DNA of 64,000 nt from an uncultured delta proteobacterium (GCA_963840855.1 CAWJBB010000067.1:1-64000); one strand, 5' to 3'. Positions 38,600 through 50,122 are shown, numbered from the stretch's first letter. The notes: generated from the sequence alone by a model not told the origin. Numbers and translations are program-made.

Positions 38600-40720
38600 G
38601 TGCCTAGCAATCAACCTTTAGCGCCGCTTTTTGAGGCCGATCGCATCGCGATTATCGGCGCCAGCGAGCGCAATCACTACGCCGTCAACGTTTTTAAGAA
38701 TCTCCAGAACTTCGGCTTCGATATCACCAAAGTCGTGCCGATCAATCCCGGCCGCCCGGAGGTTTTCGGCCTCAAAGCTTATCCAAGCATCGTCGACGTC
38801 CCGGGAGACATTCCTTTGGCGGTCATCGCTGTCAATACCAAGAGCGTCGTTTCCATCGTCGAAGAAGCCGGCAAGAAAGGAGTCAAGGCCGGCGTGATCT
38901 TTGCCGACGGTTTTGCCGAAGGCGGAGACGCAGGAAGGCAATTGCAAAACGATCTCACCGCCGCCGCCAGAGGCGCGAATCTGAAATTACTCGGACCCAA
39001 TTGCATGGGCTTTGTTTCGATGCGCGCGAAGCTCGGCATCTGGGGCGGCGAGCTGCCGAAAAATATCCGCCCCGGCAACATCGGCTGCATCTTTCAAAGC
39101 AGCGGCATGATGAACCTGCTGATGAATTTCGGCGTCAGACGTGGCCTCGGCTTCCATGTCTGTGCCAGCGGCGGCAACGAGATTATTTTGAACTCGGCGG
39201 ATTATCTCGCCTATCAGGCGGACTGTCCAGAGATCGACGTCATCGCGAGCTATTTTGAAGCCGCCCCCAAGGAGCCGCAGCGGTTTGCCGCGGCGTTGGA
39301 CCGCGCCATCGCCAACGGCAAGAGCGTGTTGATTCTTCGCGCCGGTAGAAGCGATCGCGCCAAACGCAACGTCATCGCCCACACCGGCCAGCTCGCCGGC
39401 TCCGCCGCCACGTGGGACGCTTTTTTCGAGCAACACGGCGCGATCATCGTCAACGACCTCGACGACCTGATCGATACCACCGCGCTTTTCGCCGGCGCCA
39501 AGCTACGGCCCGACAGGCATGAACGCGGCGTCGGGCTGATTACAATTTCCGGCGGCGATTGCACCTTGCTCTCCGACATCGCGGATCAAGAGGGCGTCAC
39601 TGTGACGGACTTGAGCCCTGAAACACAAAAAGTCATGGTCGATAGCCTGGAAAAGCCGACATTGCTCGGAAACCCTCTCGATATCGAAGACCTCCAGCGC
39701 ATGAAGCCGGAAGCGTTCGATCTGTGCCTGGAAAAATTCTTTCGAGAACCAAAGATCGACATGCTCGGCATCCGGCTGAATCTACCGGAAACCATCACGC
39801 CTTCGGCGGACAAGCTTTACACCCAGGTGTCCGATTTGAGCCGGCAAACTGATAAGCGTGTCTTCATTCTCACCCGCGCCACGGAGCCGCCCGCCGAAAT
39901 TTGGTATGACAAACTCAATAGCCTCGATCTCACGTTTACCGGCGATTACCGCAAATCGCTCCGCGCCATGAACCGCTTGCGCACGAACGAGCGCGACCGC
40001 GCCATCGGCCGCTTCTTGCCGGCGACTCGCCCGGGAGCCGCGCCTATTCGGCGGCAGTTGGGAAGTGGTGTCTTGACCTACCGCGAGACGGACAAATTGT
40101 TGCAAGACTACGGCGTCCCGTTGGCGCCATCGGTGCTGGCGCGGTCCGCCGGCGAAGCCGCGCAAGCGGCGGAAAAACTCGGCTACCCATGCGTGTTGAA
40201 AGTCGCTTCCGTGGACATTCCGCACAAGACGGAATTCGGCGCGCTGCGCCTGGGACTGGACAGTCGCATAGCGGTTGAAAGAGCATACGAAGAAATGCTC
40301 ACCAACGTTCGCAGGCAAAAACCGGACGCCAAAATCGAAGGCGTCTTGGTACAAAAACAGATCAAAGGCGTCGAATGTCTGCTCGGCACTTCGCGCGACG
40401 ACCAGCTTGGCCCCACGTTGGTCATGGGTTTAGGCGGCGTGTTTGTCGAAATCCTCGCCGACGTGCAAATTCGCATTCCACCCATCAGCAGCGCCGAAGC
40501 CAGGCGCGCGCTGGAAAGTCTGAAGGGCGCTAAAATTTTCTCCGGTGTGCGCGGCGCGCCTCCGGTCGATATCGATGCGCTGGCCGATATGGCCGCGCGA
40601 CTCTCGTGGCTTGCGTTCGATTACGGCGACGAGATTGCGGAGTTTGATCTCAATCCCGTGGTCGTCTTGCCCAAAGGGCAGGGCGCGTTCGCCGTCGACG
40701 CGTTGCTTGTCGCGCGCTAA
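38600..40720 (+). CDS. acetate--CoA ligase (ADP-forming acyl-CoA synthetase) family, fused alpha/beta
   Basis: IAIIGAS, LLGPNCMG, AHTGQLAG, GNPLD, C-terminal ATP-grasp with HKTE.G and EFDLNP. Confidence 0.9.
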   Translation: MPSNQPLAPLFEADRIAIIGASERNHYAVNVFKNLQNFGFDITKVVPINPGRPEVFGLKAYPSIVDVPGDIPLAVIAVNTKSVVSIVEEAGKKGVKAGVIFADGFAEGGDAGRQLQNDLTAAARGANLKLLGPNCMGFVSMRAKLGIWGGELPKNIRPGNIGCIFQSSGMMNLLMNFGVRRGLGFHVCASGGNEIILNSADYLAYQADCPEIDVIASYFEAAPKEPQRFAAALDRAIANGKSVLILRAGRSDRAKRNVIAHTGQLAGSAATWDAFFEQHGAIIVNDLDDLIDTTALFAGAKLRPDRHERGVGLITISGGDCTLLSDIADQEGVTVTDLSPETQKVMVDSLEKPTLLGNPLDIEDLQRMKPEAFDLCLEKFFREPKIDMLGIRLNLPETITPSADKLYTQVSDLSRQTDKRVFILTRATEPPAEIWYDKLNSLDLTFTGDYRKSLRAMNRLRTNERDRAIGRFLPATRPGAAPIRRQLGSGVLTYRETDKLLQDYGVPLAPSVLARSAGEAAQAAEKLGYPCVLKVASVDIPHKTEFGALRLGLDSRIAVERAYEEMLTNVRRQKPDAKIEGVLVQKQIKGVECLLGTSRDDQLGPTLVMGLGGVFVEILADVQIRIPPISSAEARRALESLKGAKIFSGVRGAPPVDIDALADMAARLSWLAFDYGDEIAEFDLNPVVVLPKGQGAFAVDALLVAR

Positions 40721-41091
40721 CCCTGTTTAATAGCTCAAACAGAGCGTTTGACCGAACGACGCTGGATTTGTCATTTCACCGCGGCGGCACGGAGTTACGG
40801 CTTGCCAAGTCCTGCCTTTTGCGAAGTCTGCGGAAGATGCCGCCGTTTGCGGAGTCGTCCTAGTTTTGCCGTCACCGAACAGTTCATCGAGGGACCGATA
40901 ACGGTTCCACAAACTTGAAAGGAGCACTTCGATGAATCAAAAGTATTTCGATCCATTTTCATAGCATCGACAAGAATTTCAAGGATTCATGCCCGACGCG
41001 TTTACCAGCGAAGAGACGCACGGATTTTTAGCTCACAGATTTTTATTCCCGGTAATCTAGATTCACAGGGGGAAATTGGCCAGAATCAATT

Positions 41092-42097
41092 ATGGCTAGT
41101 CCTCTGATCTCTTTCTTTACGGGCCTCGGCTCGCGCCGGGTCGTGGAAACCGTCACACCGGCGCGCACGTTGGCGGATGTTGTATTGGCGCCACAAACCC
41201 GCAGCGCCTTAGAGCTGGCGCTGGCGCAGGTACGCAATCACCACTTGATTTTTAACCGCTGGGGCCTCGGCGAACGGCATACTTCGGGACAGGGGTTGGC
41301 GTTTAACTTCGCCGGACCGCCCGGCACGGGAAAGACGATCTGCGCCGAAGCGATCGCGCATGAGCTCGGTCTGAAGCTTCTCGTGGTCAACTATGCCGAA
41401 GCCGAGTCGATGTGGTTCGGCGAGACTCCTAAAAATATCGTCGCCGCGTTCCGCGCGGCGGCTGAGCAAAACGCGGTCCTATTGTTTGACGAGGCAGATG
41501 CGATCGCGATGCGCCGCTCCTCGGGTGCCGGCCTGCCGCACGAACGCGAAAGCAATTTGACGGTTAACGTTCTTCTGCGCGAGTTGGAAGCGTTCAACGG
41601 CATTGTGATTTTTGCGACGAATCTGGCGGCGAACTTTGATCCCGCATTCGAACGCCGCATCCGCGCCCATGTGCTGTTTGAGATCCCGGGACCGGAAGAA
41701 CGCGCGCGCATCTGGGAGCTGCAAATTCACCCGAAGAAGACTCCGTTAGCGCCCGACGTGGATTTCCGGCGGCTCGCCGAGCGCTATACACTGAGCGGTG
41801 GCGATATCAAGAATGCGGTTCTGAAGGCCGCGGCCTTAGCCGCCGCCGAACCGGGCCCGGATTTGGGCAAGCGCATAAAGCAGCAGGACTTCGAATGCGC
41901 CATCGAAGACGGTGCTCGCGGCAAAAACGGTAATGCAGCAGTCACTCTTCGCCGATATCCGGATTGTAGCAGCCGATTCCGTTAGTGCGCGTGCGATAGA
42001 GTCGCAGTCGCGAACCGCAATTTTCATCGCGCTGGCGCTAGGCGGCACCGCGTTGATCGCCGCGTTCGTGGCAGTTGCGTTGGCGCTCATGCATTGA
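41092..42097 (+). CDS. AAA+ ATPase with C-terminal TM helix, split by an apparent +1 base near 41911
   Basis: GPPGTGKT, LLFDEADA, FATN...DPAFERR, LSGGDIKN; tail VLAAKTVMQQSLF...IFIALALGGTALIAAFVAVALALMH in the +1 frame. Confidence 0.8.
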
Positions 42098-42102
42098 ATC
42101 AT

Positions 42103-42171
42103 GAGTTCGTGAGTAATGCGCAGGCAAGCTGGGGACCGCAGCGTTGTAAAAGACGCGACGCCAAAACCTCG
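42103..42171 (+). repeat. dispersed repeat, copy 1 (copy 2 at about 49029-49096)
   Basis: gagttcgtgagtaatgcgcaggcaagctgg versus gagttcgtgagtaacgcgcaggcaatctgg (28/30 identical), weaker similarity beyond. Confidence 0.7.
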
Positions 42172-42316
42172 ACCCGATCCCAAGCGGTTCAAGATCCTGC
42201 GCTTCACCTTGACCCCTGACAGGGTTATTTCCATCTAGTATCGCTGTGAGCGTTCTTTCAGAAATCCGCGCCACAGCTAGCTCGCGGAATTTTCACAATA
42301 CAAAGGAGCCGAAACG

Positions 42317-43320
42317 ATGGCCATTATTGAACGAACCTATGGGAAAGAGACCAATGCCGTCATCGATGAGTTGTTGATCTCCTCGTACTCTCATGGTGAT
42401 CGGCCCGCGGGTCTTTGGCAACAATGACTCTGAAGGATTTTCTGCACCGCGAGCCATTTTGGCTGGCAAAGACCCAACGACAGGCCCGGCGGCGCCCGGA
42501 CAAGAAAAAGCGGGTATTCGAGATGGCCGCCGCGGCGTCAGCGCCGAAGTCCTGTATCCGACCCATGGCTTGAAGTGCTTCAGCCACGACGGTCAGGAAC
42601 TGGAGGCGGTCTGCTCCCAGGATTTACAACGCTGGCTGATCGACTATTGCAGCGCCGCGCCCGGAACGGCTTATCGGTATCGCCTGCTGTCGATGTATAC
42701 ATCGACGGCGCCGTGAAGGAACTGGAGCGCTGCCGCAAACCCGGCATCGCGGCTCGGTGATCTGGCAGGTATCGCCGCCTGAGCTGCCGTTTTCCTCACC
42801 GCATTATGACAAGTCCTGGGCCACATCCAGGATCTCGGCATGTCCGTCAACTTGCACATCTTGTGCGGGCACGGATACAGCCGAAGCCGTTCCTCGGCCT
42901 CGAGATCGGCAACCGGCCTCGCCTCGGAGGCCAACCGCGTCTCCATGAAACTGTTCCAGTCGGTCAACAGCCTCTACGAACTGATCTATTCCGGTGTGCT
43001 CGAGCGTTTCCCCGAGCTGAAGATTGTCCTGTGAGAACCAGCTTGGCTGATTCCGTCCGTCTTGGCGCAGTCGGACTATACTTCAAACGCCATGGCGCTG
43101 AGCGCGAGGGCCTGGCCATTTCAAAATCAACTCCCCAGCGAATACTTCCCCAACCGATCTACACGACTTTCTTCAACGACGCCGTCCGCGCCCACATGTT
43201 ATCCTGGTGGGGCACCGACAACTGCATGTGGTCCAATGACTTCCCGCACGGCAACTCGTCATGGCCCAATTCTCTTCGGGTTGTCGCCCGCGACCTAGGC
43301 GATCTCCCGCCCAGGTGGCG
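42317..43320 (+). pseudogene. amidohydrolase_2 family gene with many frameshifts, 3'-truncated
   Basis: Fragments in different frames: GVSAEVLYPT, WLIDYC, AVKELERCRK, MSVNLHILCG, LIYSGVLERFPELKIV, NCMWSNDFPHGNSSWPNS. Confidence 0.8.
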
Positions 43321-43362
43321 CGCGCAATGTGCGTGGCATCGCCTCGACACGCACGAAGCTTT

Positions 43363-43680
43363 TCAGGATTCGTCTTCATCCCCAGGTTTATTGGTGGCGA
43401 GAGCGAGACCGCAATTGCCTGTGATGACGGACGTGATGCCGTGTTGAGGTTCGGAAGTGGCATAGGGATCCCAGAAAACTTGGGCATCCATGTGGGTATG
43501 ATGATCGATAAACCCGGGGGCGACGACAAGTCCCTGGACATCGATTGTTTTGGCAGCGCCCCCAGTTACGCGGCCTAACTCGACAATTTTCCCGTCTTTA
43601 ATGGCTACATCCGCCAGATAGGAAGGTTGCCCGGACCCGTCAACCACGCGGCCTCCACGTAGGACCAAGTCGTACGTCAT
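43363..43680 (-). pseudogene. N-acyl-D-amino-acid deacylase-like amidohydrolase, N-terminal fragment only
   Basis: MTYDLVLRGGRVVDGSG...VAPGFIDHHTHMD...HGITSVITGNCG, stops after 105 aa. Confidence 0.8.
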
Positions 43681-43904
43681 GTCCCTATTCCTCCTTGCTC
43701 AGCATTTCTGCCCTCATCCCACGAGCGCCAACCGTTGTCAACACGGCTCAGCGCCCCAAATTCACCTTTTAGTATTGAAACGCATTAATTACGAAACATA
43801 ATGCCCACGCAATTTCCGATCATCATCTCTACATATAGTTTCCCCTCATGGCGCGACCCATGCGCACCCAATAACCTCGGAGCGGTTTATCATGTCAGCG
43901 CTCG

Positions 43905-45042
43905 CTAGCGCGGCGGCAGCGGCCCAGCGCCGGAAAGCTTCTTGAGCGTGTCAATCACCTCGGCGTCGCGCGGCGTCTCCTTTATGATTTTCGCCATTGC
44001 GTCCGGCATGATCAGGTCCGCGTTATCACCGGCAAGCTTCTCGTGTTCGGTATGAAACTCCCGATCCTGAAAGGCTTTCGTAATCGCCTCCTTAAGAATC
44101 TTCACGCGCTCCTGGAGCGTGCCCGGCGGCAAAACGTATGGTGAGCCGATCACTCTGAAAGAGCGCCACAACGACAGCAGCCTGATCTCTTTTTCGAGCT
44201 TGGCGAAGCTCTCAATCTCAGGCAAATGCCCAAAGCGTGGGTGCTTGGCGCCCTTCGGAGCTTCGAGGATCGAGTGGAAATTCATCACGCCTTTTTCCAA
44301 CCATTCGGGGTTGCGCCGTAGCACCGAGGTCGGGTTGTTCGATCGCGCATCCAACTCGCCGCGCAACAGAGCCGCATCCACTTCGGGGGCCGTATAGCCG
44401 GCGATGAATTTCGGATCCTTCATACCGATGAAATAGGCGAACAACCGTCCCGATACGTAGGCAGACGTGCCCTACGGACTGGGCGCCGATCCTGATTCCC
44501 GATGTCGCTCTCAGCTTTTCTATACTGTCCAGCCCGAGTTCCTTTCTCGTATAGATGATCTGGTGGCTGGCGCCTTCCGACGATCCAAGATAGATAAACT
44601 TATCGACATCGTACATGACGCCGGTTTCACCCATGATGTTCAGTGCTACGATGCCGCCGCTTAGCGCTCCCAGGGTGAGACCGTCAGGGCGAGCATTGCC
44701 GTACATGTAATTCGCCGCTTTCCGCCCGCCGCTGCCGTCCATGAACTCGAGGACGACCGTGGGATTGCCGGGGATGTACTTGCGCAAAAACGGAACCAGC
44801 GCCCTGACGCGAAAATCAGCTGTTCCGCCAGGGGTCGCGGCGACGACTATTCTCACTGTCTTCCCCTGATAGAATGGAGTCTGCGAGAAGGCCGACGGGG
44901 GCGACATGGCCAGCATTCCAAGAGCCGTCATCACACACGCCAACAAGAAAAGATGGGCCCGCGGCGCAACGCTCGTCGACATGGCAGATGGCTTAGGCGA
45001 CATTGCTAATTGAAAACTTCTGAAAGGTCTGGCTTGCATCAT
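43905..45042 (-). CDS. TctC/Bug family substrate-binding protein, split by an apparent +1 base near 44462
   Basis: FYQGKTVRIVV..TPGG, YIPGNP, AANYMY..ARPDGLT; removing one base restores GHVSYVSGRLFAYF. Confidence 0.85.
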
Positions 45043-45099
45043 CTTCTCTCCTTCGCTGTGGTAGCCATACCTCTGAAAAACCAAAGGATGCAACCTCGG

Positions 45100-45183
45100 C
45101 GGATTGTCGCCGAGGTCGTGCGCCAAGTGGGAATCTCGACCTCCGGGGTTTCGAAGATCCTAAGCAGAACTTTGTCTAGCTAG
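45100..45183 (+). mobile_element. transposase (RAYT/Y1-type) C-terminal HTH remnant
   Basis: AEVVRQVGISTSGVSKILSRTLSS*. Confidence 0.4.
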
Positions 45184-45321
45184 TCACCAGCGTTGTCCGA
45201 AAGATGATTGACAACTTTCCAGGTCCTGCGATATTGCTCGGGCCGGAAAAAAGTGGCTTGCATCTTATTCAGGAATCCTGATGGTTGATGGAAAGCAATT
45301 GGCGATTCCTGTGGAGGCTTT

Positions 45322-46605
45322 ATGTCTCGCAACCATTCTTTGCCGCGGCTGATCGTTGCCTGGACGCTGCTATCGACCGGCGTAGTGGCGTGTGGCACTG
45401 GCTCTATGCAGTCACCGGCGACTCAGGCTCAGGCCAAACCCGCAGGTCGATGGAGCCACCAGGACTGGCCCACGGGTCACTACAAGGTGGTCGAAGGGTG
45501 GCCCAAGCCGTTGCCGGACACTCGTCATTCACACGAAGGATGGACCTGGGGATCCGTTGGCGGCGTCTATGCAGAAAACCCCGACCGAATCTGGGTCGCC
45601 ATGCGCGGCGAGCTGCCGCTGCCGTCGGGCGCCGCTCCGTGGACACCCTATGCGGCGCTCAATCCGTCGCGCGGGAACGCCACGGGCAACTCGGACGGGT
45701 TATCGGCAACGTGCGAGCCTGTGAAAAAGCGGGGATGGGAGCGCCGCTTTCAGCACTCGATCGTCGTGTTCGATCGCCAGGGCAACCTCGTGGACGAGTG
45801 GCCGCACCTCGACGAGCTGTTTTCCAAGCTTCCCTGCGGTCGTGGGCCGCACCAGATCAAGATTAGCCCCTACGACAAGGCGAAGCACGTCTGGATCATC
45901 GACGACCAGCTCCACATGATTTACCGCTTTACGTACGACGGTAAGCTGGTTCACAGCAAAGGGCAGCTCGGCATGCGCGGTCGTGGGCCCAACACCTTCG
46001 ACCGGCCGACGGATATCGCCTGGCTGCCCGACGGGACCTACTTCATCACCGACGGCTACGGCGGCACACGCGTCGCCAAGTACGACGCCAACGACAACTT
46101 CATCATGGACTGGGGCGGGCCGCCCAAGGATCCGAAGAACCCGGGACCGAACGAGTGGAATACGGTCCACAGCATCGCGATCAGCGCCGACCGCCGGCTC
46201 TTCATCATCGATCGCGGACATGCGCGGATGCAGGTCTTCGACGAGAACGGGAAGTTCCTCGATATGTGGCCGCTGAAGTCGCCGCACTGGCCTGCCAGTC
46301 AGAACACGCTCATGGTGAATCACTTCATCGATGACAAAGGGTTCATCTGGGTCGGCGATGCACCTACGAGTCGCATCCTCAAGTTCGATCTGAACGGGAA
46401 TTTCCTGTATGGCTGGGGCGCTCCCGGTGGCCAGCCCGGTCGGCTGAACTGTTCACACGGGATCACAACGGATCAACTCGGCAATCTGTATCTGGCAGAT
46501 TGCTTCGCAGGTCGGGTGCAGAAGTTCGAACCGATCGCCGGGGCGGATCCAGACAAGATCGCAGGACAGATCCTCCGGACGTGGGATACCTGGAAGCGTC
46601 CCTGA
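45322..46605 (+). CDS. NHL-repeat beta-propeller lipoprotein (peptidyl-alpha-hydroxyglycine lyase-like)
   Basis: Lipobox VVAC; FDRPTDIAW..DG.YFITDGYG, HSIAI, DRGHARMQVFD, HGITTDQLGNLYLAD. Confidence 0.85.
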   Translation: MSRNHSLPRLIVAWTLLSTGVVACGTGSMQSPATQAQAKPAGRWSHQDWPTGHYKVVEGWPKPLPDTRHSHEGWTWGSVGGVYAENPDRIWVAMRGELPLPSGAAPWTPYAALNPSRGNATGNSDGLSATCEPVKKRGWERRFQHSIVVFDRQGNLVDEWPHLDELFSKLPCGRGPHQIKISPYDKAKHVWIIDDQLHMIYRFTYDGKLVHSKGQLGMRGRGPNTFDRPTDIAWLPDGTYFITDGYGGTRVAKYDANDNFIMDWGGPPKDPKNPGPNEWNTVHSIAISADRRLFIIDRGHARMQVFDENGKFLDMWPLKSPHWPASQNTLMVNHFIDDKGFIWVGDAPTSRILKFDLNGNFLYGWGAPGGQPGRLNCSHGITTDQLGNLYLADCFAGRVQKFEPIAGADPDKIAGQILRTWDTWKRP

Positions 46606-46696
46606 ACCTGAATCCTTTGACGGCGGTGCTAAATTCGTGGAGAACAACGATCGCGTCGCCGGTATCGAGGGCTCGTCATTCCCCCGCGCGGCGTTC

Positions 46697-47725
46697 TCAT
46701 TTTCCTAACACCACGTTCATTCGGGCGATGACTTCGGGCGGTAACGTGACCACCTCGCGCGCCAACGCTTCTAGCTTGTCGCCGCTTACGGGGTCCGGTT
46801 CCCAGCCGCGCTTGGCCGCTTCGGCCAAAAGATCAGGATCGCTCATCGCCTTCATGAAGCCGTCGCGGAGCATTTTGATCCGATCAGCAGGAATGCCGGG
46901 GCCCCCCACGATGGGTCGGCCAAATGGACCCGGCGAAAGCAAAACCGTGGCGAGGCGTTTGCCGGCCTCGGGTGTTTTGTGTCTTTCCATCAGCTCCCCG
47001 ATCGTCGGCACATCCGGCGCCCTCGTTTCTCGCTTTGATCCGCCGATCACAAGGATGCGGACAAAGCCGGTCTTTGCCCAGGTGCGTCCCGGTTCCCGGC
47101 CGAAAAAGGCGCTCGTGGTGCCGCCGCGGCATTGGACTTCTCCTTTCTCCATGGCAAGGTCGATCTCGGAAGCCCCGGGATAACCCGTAACCAAGTCAAA
47201 CTTGAGCCCCAGGACCTCTTCCAGGAGTTTCGGAAAGTAATGGCCCGGCGTGCCGGCTCCCGTGGTGCCGCATTTCGGCGGCACGGCCGCTTTGCGAATA
47301 TCGTCCAACGTTTTGAATGGAGTGTCCGAGCGCATGGACAACATTTCACTGGTTTCCTCGGGCGATCCGATCCAGGCGAACTTTGCCCAGTCGAATTTGA
47401 CTTCCTGTTGGCCCTGGATCTGATTGAAAAACAGCCCGTTGGCGATCAAGCCGAGCGTAAGCCCATCCGCTTTAGCCACGCTATAAACATAATTGGCCGC
47501 GATCATCGTCGAGGCGCCGGGCATGTTTTGCACGATCATGGTGGGGTTTCCCGGAATATATTTGCCCCAAAACCGGGCGATGGCGCGAGCCCACAAATCG
47601 TTGGTGCCTCCCGCGGTGTATCCGATCACCACCCGGATGGTTTTGCCTTGATAAAAAGGAGTCTGCGCGAACGTAGTGGACGCGAACAAAAATGCAAAGG
47701 TAATCGCAAAAAAGGAAGTTTTCAT
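46697..47725 (-). CDS. TctC/Bug family substrate-binding protein
   Basis: GGAGG RBS; FYQGKTI, GGTND, IPGNP..IVQNMPGA, GYPG..EIDLAMEKGEV. Confidence 0.9.
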   Translation of the reverse strand: MKTSFFAITFAFLFASTTFAQTPFYQGKTIRVVIGYTAGGTNDLWARAIARFWGKYIPGNPTMIVQNMPGASTMIAANYVYSVAKADGLTLGLIANGLFFNQIQGQQEVKFDWAKFAWIGSPEETSEMLSMRSDTPFKTLDDIRKAAVPPKCGTTGAGTPGHYFPKLLEEVLGLKFDLVTGYPGASEIDLAMEKGEVQCRGGTTSAFFGREPGRTWAKTGFVRILVIGGSKRETRAPDVPTIGELMERHKTPEAGKRLATVLLSPGPFGRPIVGGPGIPADRIKMLRDGFMKAMSDPDLLAEAAKRGWEPDPVSGDKLEALAREVVTLPPEVIARMNVVLGK

Positions 47726-47971
47726 TGCACCTCCATTCATTTTTGCGGCGCAAATTAAGAAGCCGATCCGGGCGAACCCCTCGGACCGGCTCATGTACTG
47801 ACGGTCGATGAATGACGGATCATCCTCTCGGACCTGCCATTTCGGTGCGGGAACTATAGTGAATAAAAAAGTTAAGTCAAGCACGCGTACCATGCAGATG
47901 CCCACCACACCGTCCCTAGGCGTCCTACCTTTTCTAGGTGTCCGTCAAACCCGGGCTACCTCAGATTTTCT

Positions 47972-48640
47972 TTATTTGGTCGCGAAGCAATAAAGCAAGC
48001 CGTCGCCGCCGGATTCTTTCAAGTCCTCTTGGCCGCAACCGCGTGATGCGTGCGCCGAGTTCCAAGGTGATACCCCGGGTGTTTTGCTCTCGCGGTCGTG
48101 GTGGCCGACCTGGGCCTTCCCCGGGAGTTTGCCGGAATTGCCGATAGTCCAGTTCCCGCAAGTCAGCTCGTCGCCCGCGGGATAGGCCGTACCGTCGAGC
48201 TGCGAGCCGGTCAAAATATCGTGCTTGTTCGGCTTATCGCCGCGAGCGTTGACCCGGCTACCTTTTTCGTCCAACGCAGTTTCCTTGTTGAGATTGTTTT
48301 TGTCCGAGTGCAGGTTGGCGACGTCAGCCGCGACCTTCACTCCCTTAGCGTTGTACCAGGGCCCCTTGCCAATACGATCGCGCGCATTCACGGCAGGCTT
48401 TCCATCTTCCGCGCTCGTACTCAGGTAGGCACTCCAGGTGCGGTTGCCCGCGCCAGCAGTTGCAGCCAGCTTTTGGCAGTGCGCGTCGGCTCCCTTCAAT
48501 CCACCTAGATTCGCCCCGTTGCCAGGTCCTTCACTGGTAACGAAAAAACTCATCGGCGCCTTCGGGTCCTGGGCTGTGCCGAGTCTCATACCGAATAAAG
48601 CCAGCAACGCCAACACACAGGCAAGTAAAATCGTTTTCAT
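47972..48640 (-). CDS. secreted lectin/endostatin-like (DUF1554-like) protein
   Basis: Signal peptide; MSFFVTS.G.G.GANLGGL.GADAHCQ.LA, NARDRIG.GPW, HDILTGS, GLLYCFA. Confidence 0.75.
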   Translation of the reverse strand: MKTILLACVLALLALFGMRLGTAQDPKAPMSFFVTSEGPGNGANLGGLKGADAHCQKLAATAGAGNRTWSAYLSTSAEDGKPAVNARDRIGKGPWYNAKGVKVAADVANLHSDKNNLNKETALDEKGSRVNARGDKPNKHDILTGSQLDGTAYPAGDELTCGNWTIGNSGKLPGKAQVGHHDRESKTPGVSPWNSAHASRGCGQEDLKESGGDGLLYCFATK

Positions 48641-48886
48641 TTTGACCTCCTTCTTGCTTGCGTTTCCTTGATAGCCGCCCCAGGGGGCAGCCGTAAATGG
48701 ACTTAAATTGATCGCCCCTAAAGCAGAGACGGCATCCCATCTAGCCGAGGAGGCTCTCATAGGTAGACATATTTTAAGAATCAGACGTTGGCAAGACGTT
48801 TGGCGGCGTTGATTTGGTCTCCTCCTCGCTGCGTTAGTACAAATACTAACTGCCCCGCTCGATATCGTGAACACGACTAGGACGCG

Positions 48887-49017
48887 GGGTCAAATCTTTT
48901 ATTGATAGCCAAGCGTCAGACGTCCTTGAAAGTCCGGCAACGTGAATTTCGTCGCGGGTAAACGTGTGAGGGAACGTCCGATCAAAAGCTAACAACTTAC
49001 AACAAAAGATTTGACCC
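48887..49017. mobile_element. 131-bp non-coding element with perfect 14-bp terminal inverted repeats
   Basis: gggtcaaatctttt ... aaaagatttgaccc. Confidence 0.65.
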
Positions 49018-49101
49018 GTTGCCTCGTAGAGTTCGTGAGTAACGCGCAGGCAATCTGGAAACTCCGCGTTGCAAGTTGCAACGCCGAACCTTGAACAAAC
49101 C

Positions 49102-49233
49102 CACGTCGGCAGCGAAGGCAACGAACTCGCCGAGCGGATGGCCATGCTCGGCGTGCAGCATAAAGAAAAAAAACTGCGACCGTATCAGGAAGAAATAGAT
49201 ATTCCGACGCTGCTGAAGATGCGGGCCGGGTGA
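49102..49233 (+). pseudogene. ribonuclease HI C-terminal remnant
   Basis: HVGSEGNELAERMA...IPTLLKMRAG* resembles the H.G..GNE.AD..A motif. Confidence 0.6.
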
Positions 49234-49401
49234 ATAAGAGTGTTGTTCCCAGAACGATTCGTATCTTGTGCTAATCGGATGCAATAAAAAGCTAAAAGCG
49301 GATTTGCCGCCTTTTTTTCACTCTGACAAAGATCACCTCTCTACCGTCTTGTCCTTGGTCCGCTCCTAGGCGGACGTGACGCGGATGTTAACATACCGAG
49401 G

Positions 49402-49642
49402 GTGCAACAACGGGGGCCGGCACCAAAGCTCAGCGCCATACGTCGGCAACACAAGAATCGAGACGGCGCGATTCGGGCAGGGTACGAGACCGGGGCCTAC
49501 AGCTATCAACAAATCGCGAAGGAATTTGGCGTTCATTTCACCACAGTTGGGCGAATTGTGCGCCAGCCAATGAAGCGAGTGAGCGCAACCCGCGGGAGAA
49601 GGTAGCGGATGGTCGCTTGTGCTATGATAATAGACCTGACCC
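49402..49642 (+). mobile_element. RAYT/Y1 transposase C-terminal HTH remnant with downstream AGACCTGACCC end motif
   Basis: RDGAIRAGYETGAYSYQQIAKEFGVHFTTVGRIVR; no catalytic domain present. Confidence 0.6.
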
Positions 49643-50122
49643 GGGTTCGTCGATCGACCGGCTGGAAGTTTTCCTTCTGTGTCTTGTCCGAAACGGCAGT
49701 AAAAGGCACCTGCCCTTCGATCACGGTGACCAAATTGTTTCCCACGATCACGCTCGTCGCTTGAGACGTGCCGAATTATCAACGCACTATAGAAAACTAG
49801 ACGACCGAAGCAGACCATACAAAGCTGCGCCTCGGATGCTTGTCAGCCAATGCTCGTTGCGGCCACTACCAATAGTTGCGGCCGTCCCTTGACTCGAAAG
49901 TAGCCGTTGATTTAAACACTAGCTGAACAAGACCCTAGAGGTTCAGTGGGATGGCGAGGTCGTCCAAATTGCGCGTAATGATTTCAAGGCGGTGTAATGA
50001 CCTATTTCCGGAATCCGCTGGCAAACCGCTCTCAGCGTGCAGCGCCGATTGCGTTCGTTGTGTTCGCGCTTCCTCAGGTCGGCGGTGACCTTGGCCCGGA
50101 ATCAAATCGATTAAGGTGGGTT

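Noticed and set aside
47760-47860. Riboswitch upstream of tctC
   Set aside because: Only one hairpin (agccgatccgggcg...cggaccggct) is visible, with no known aptamer consensus
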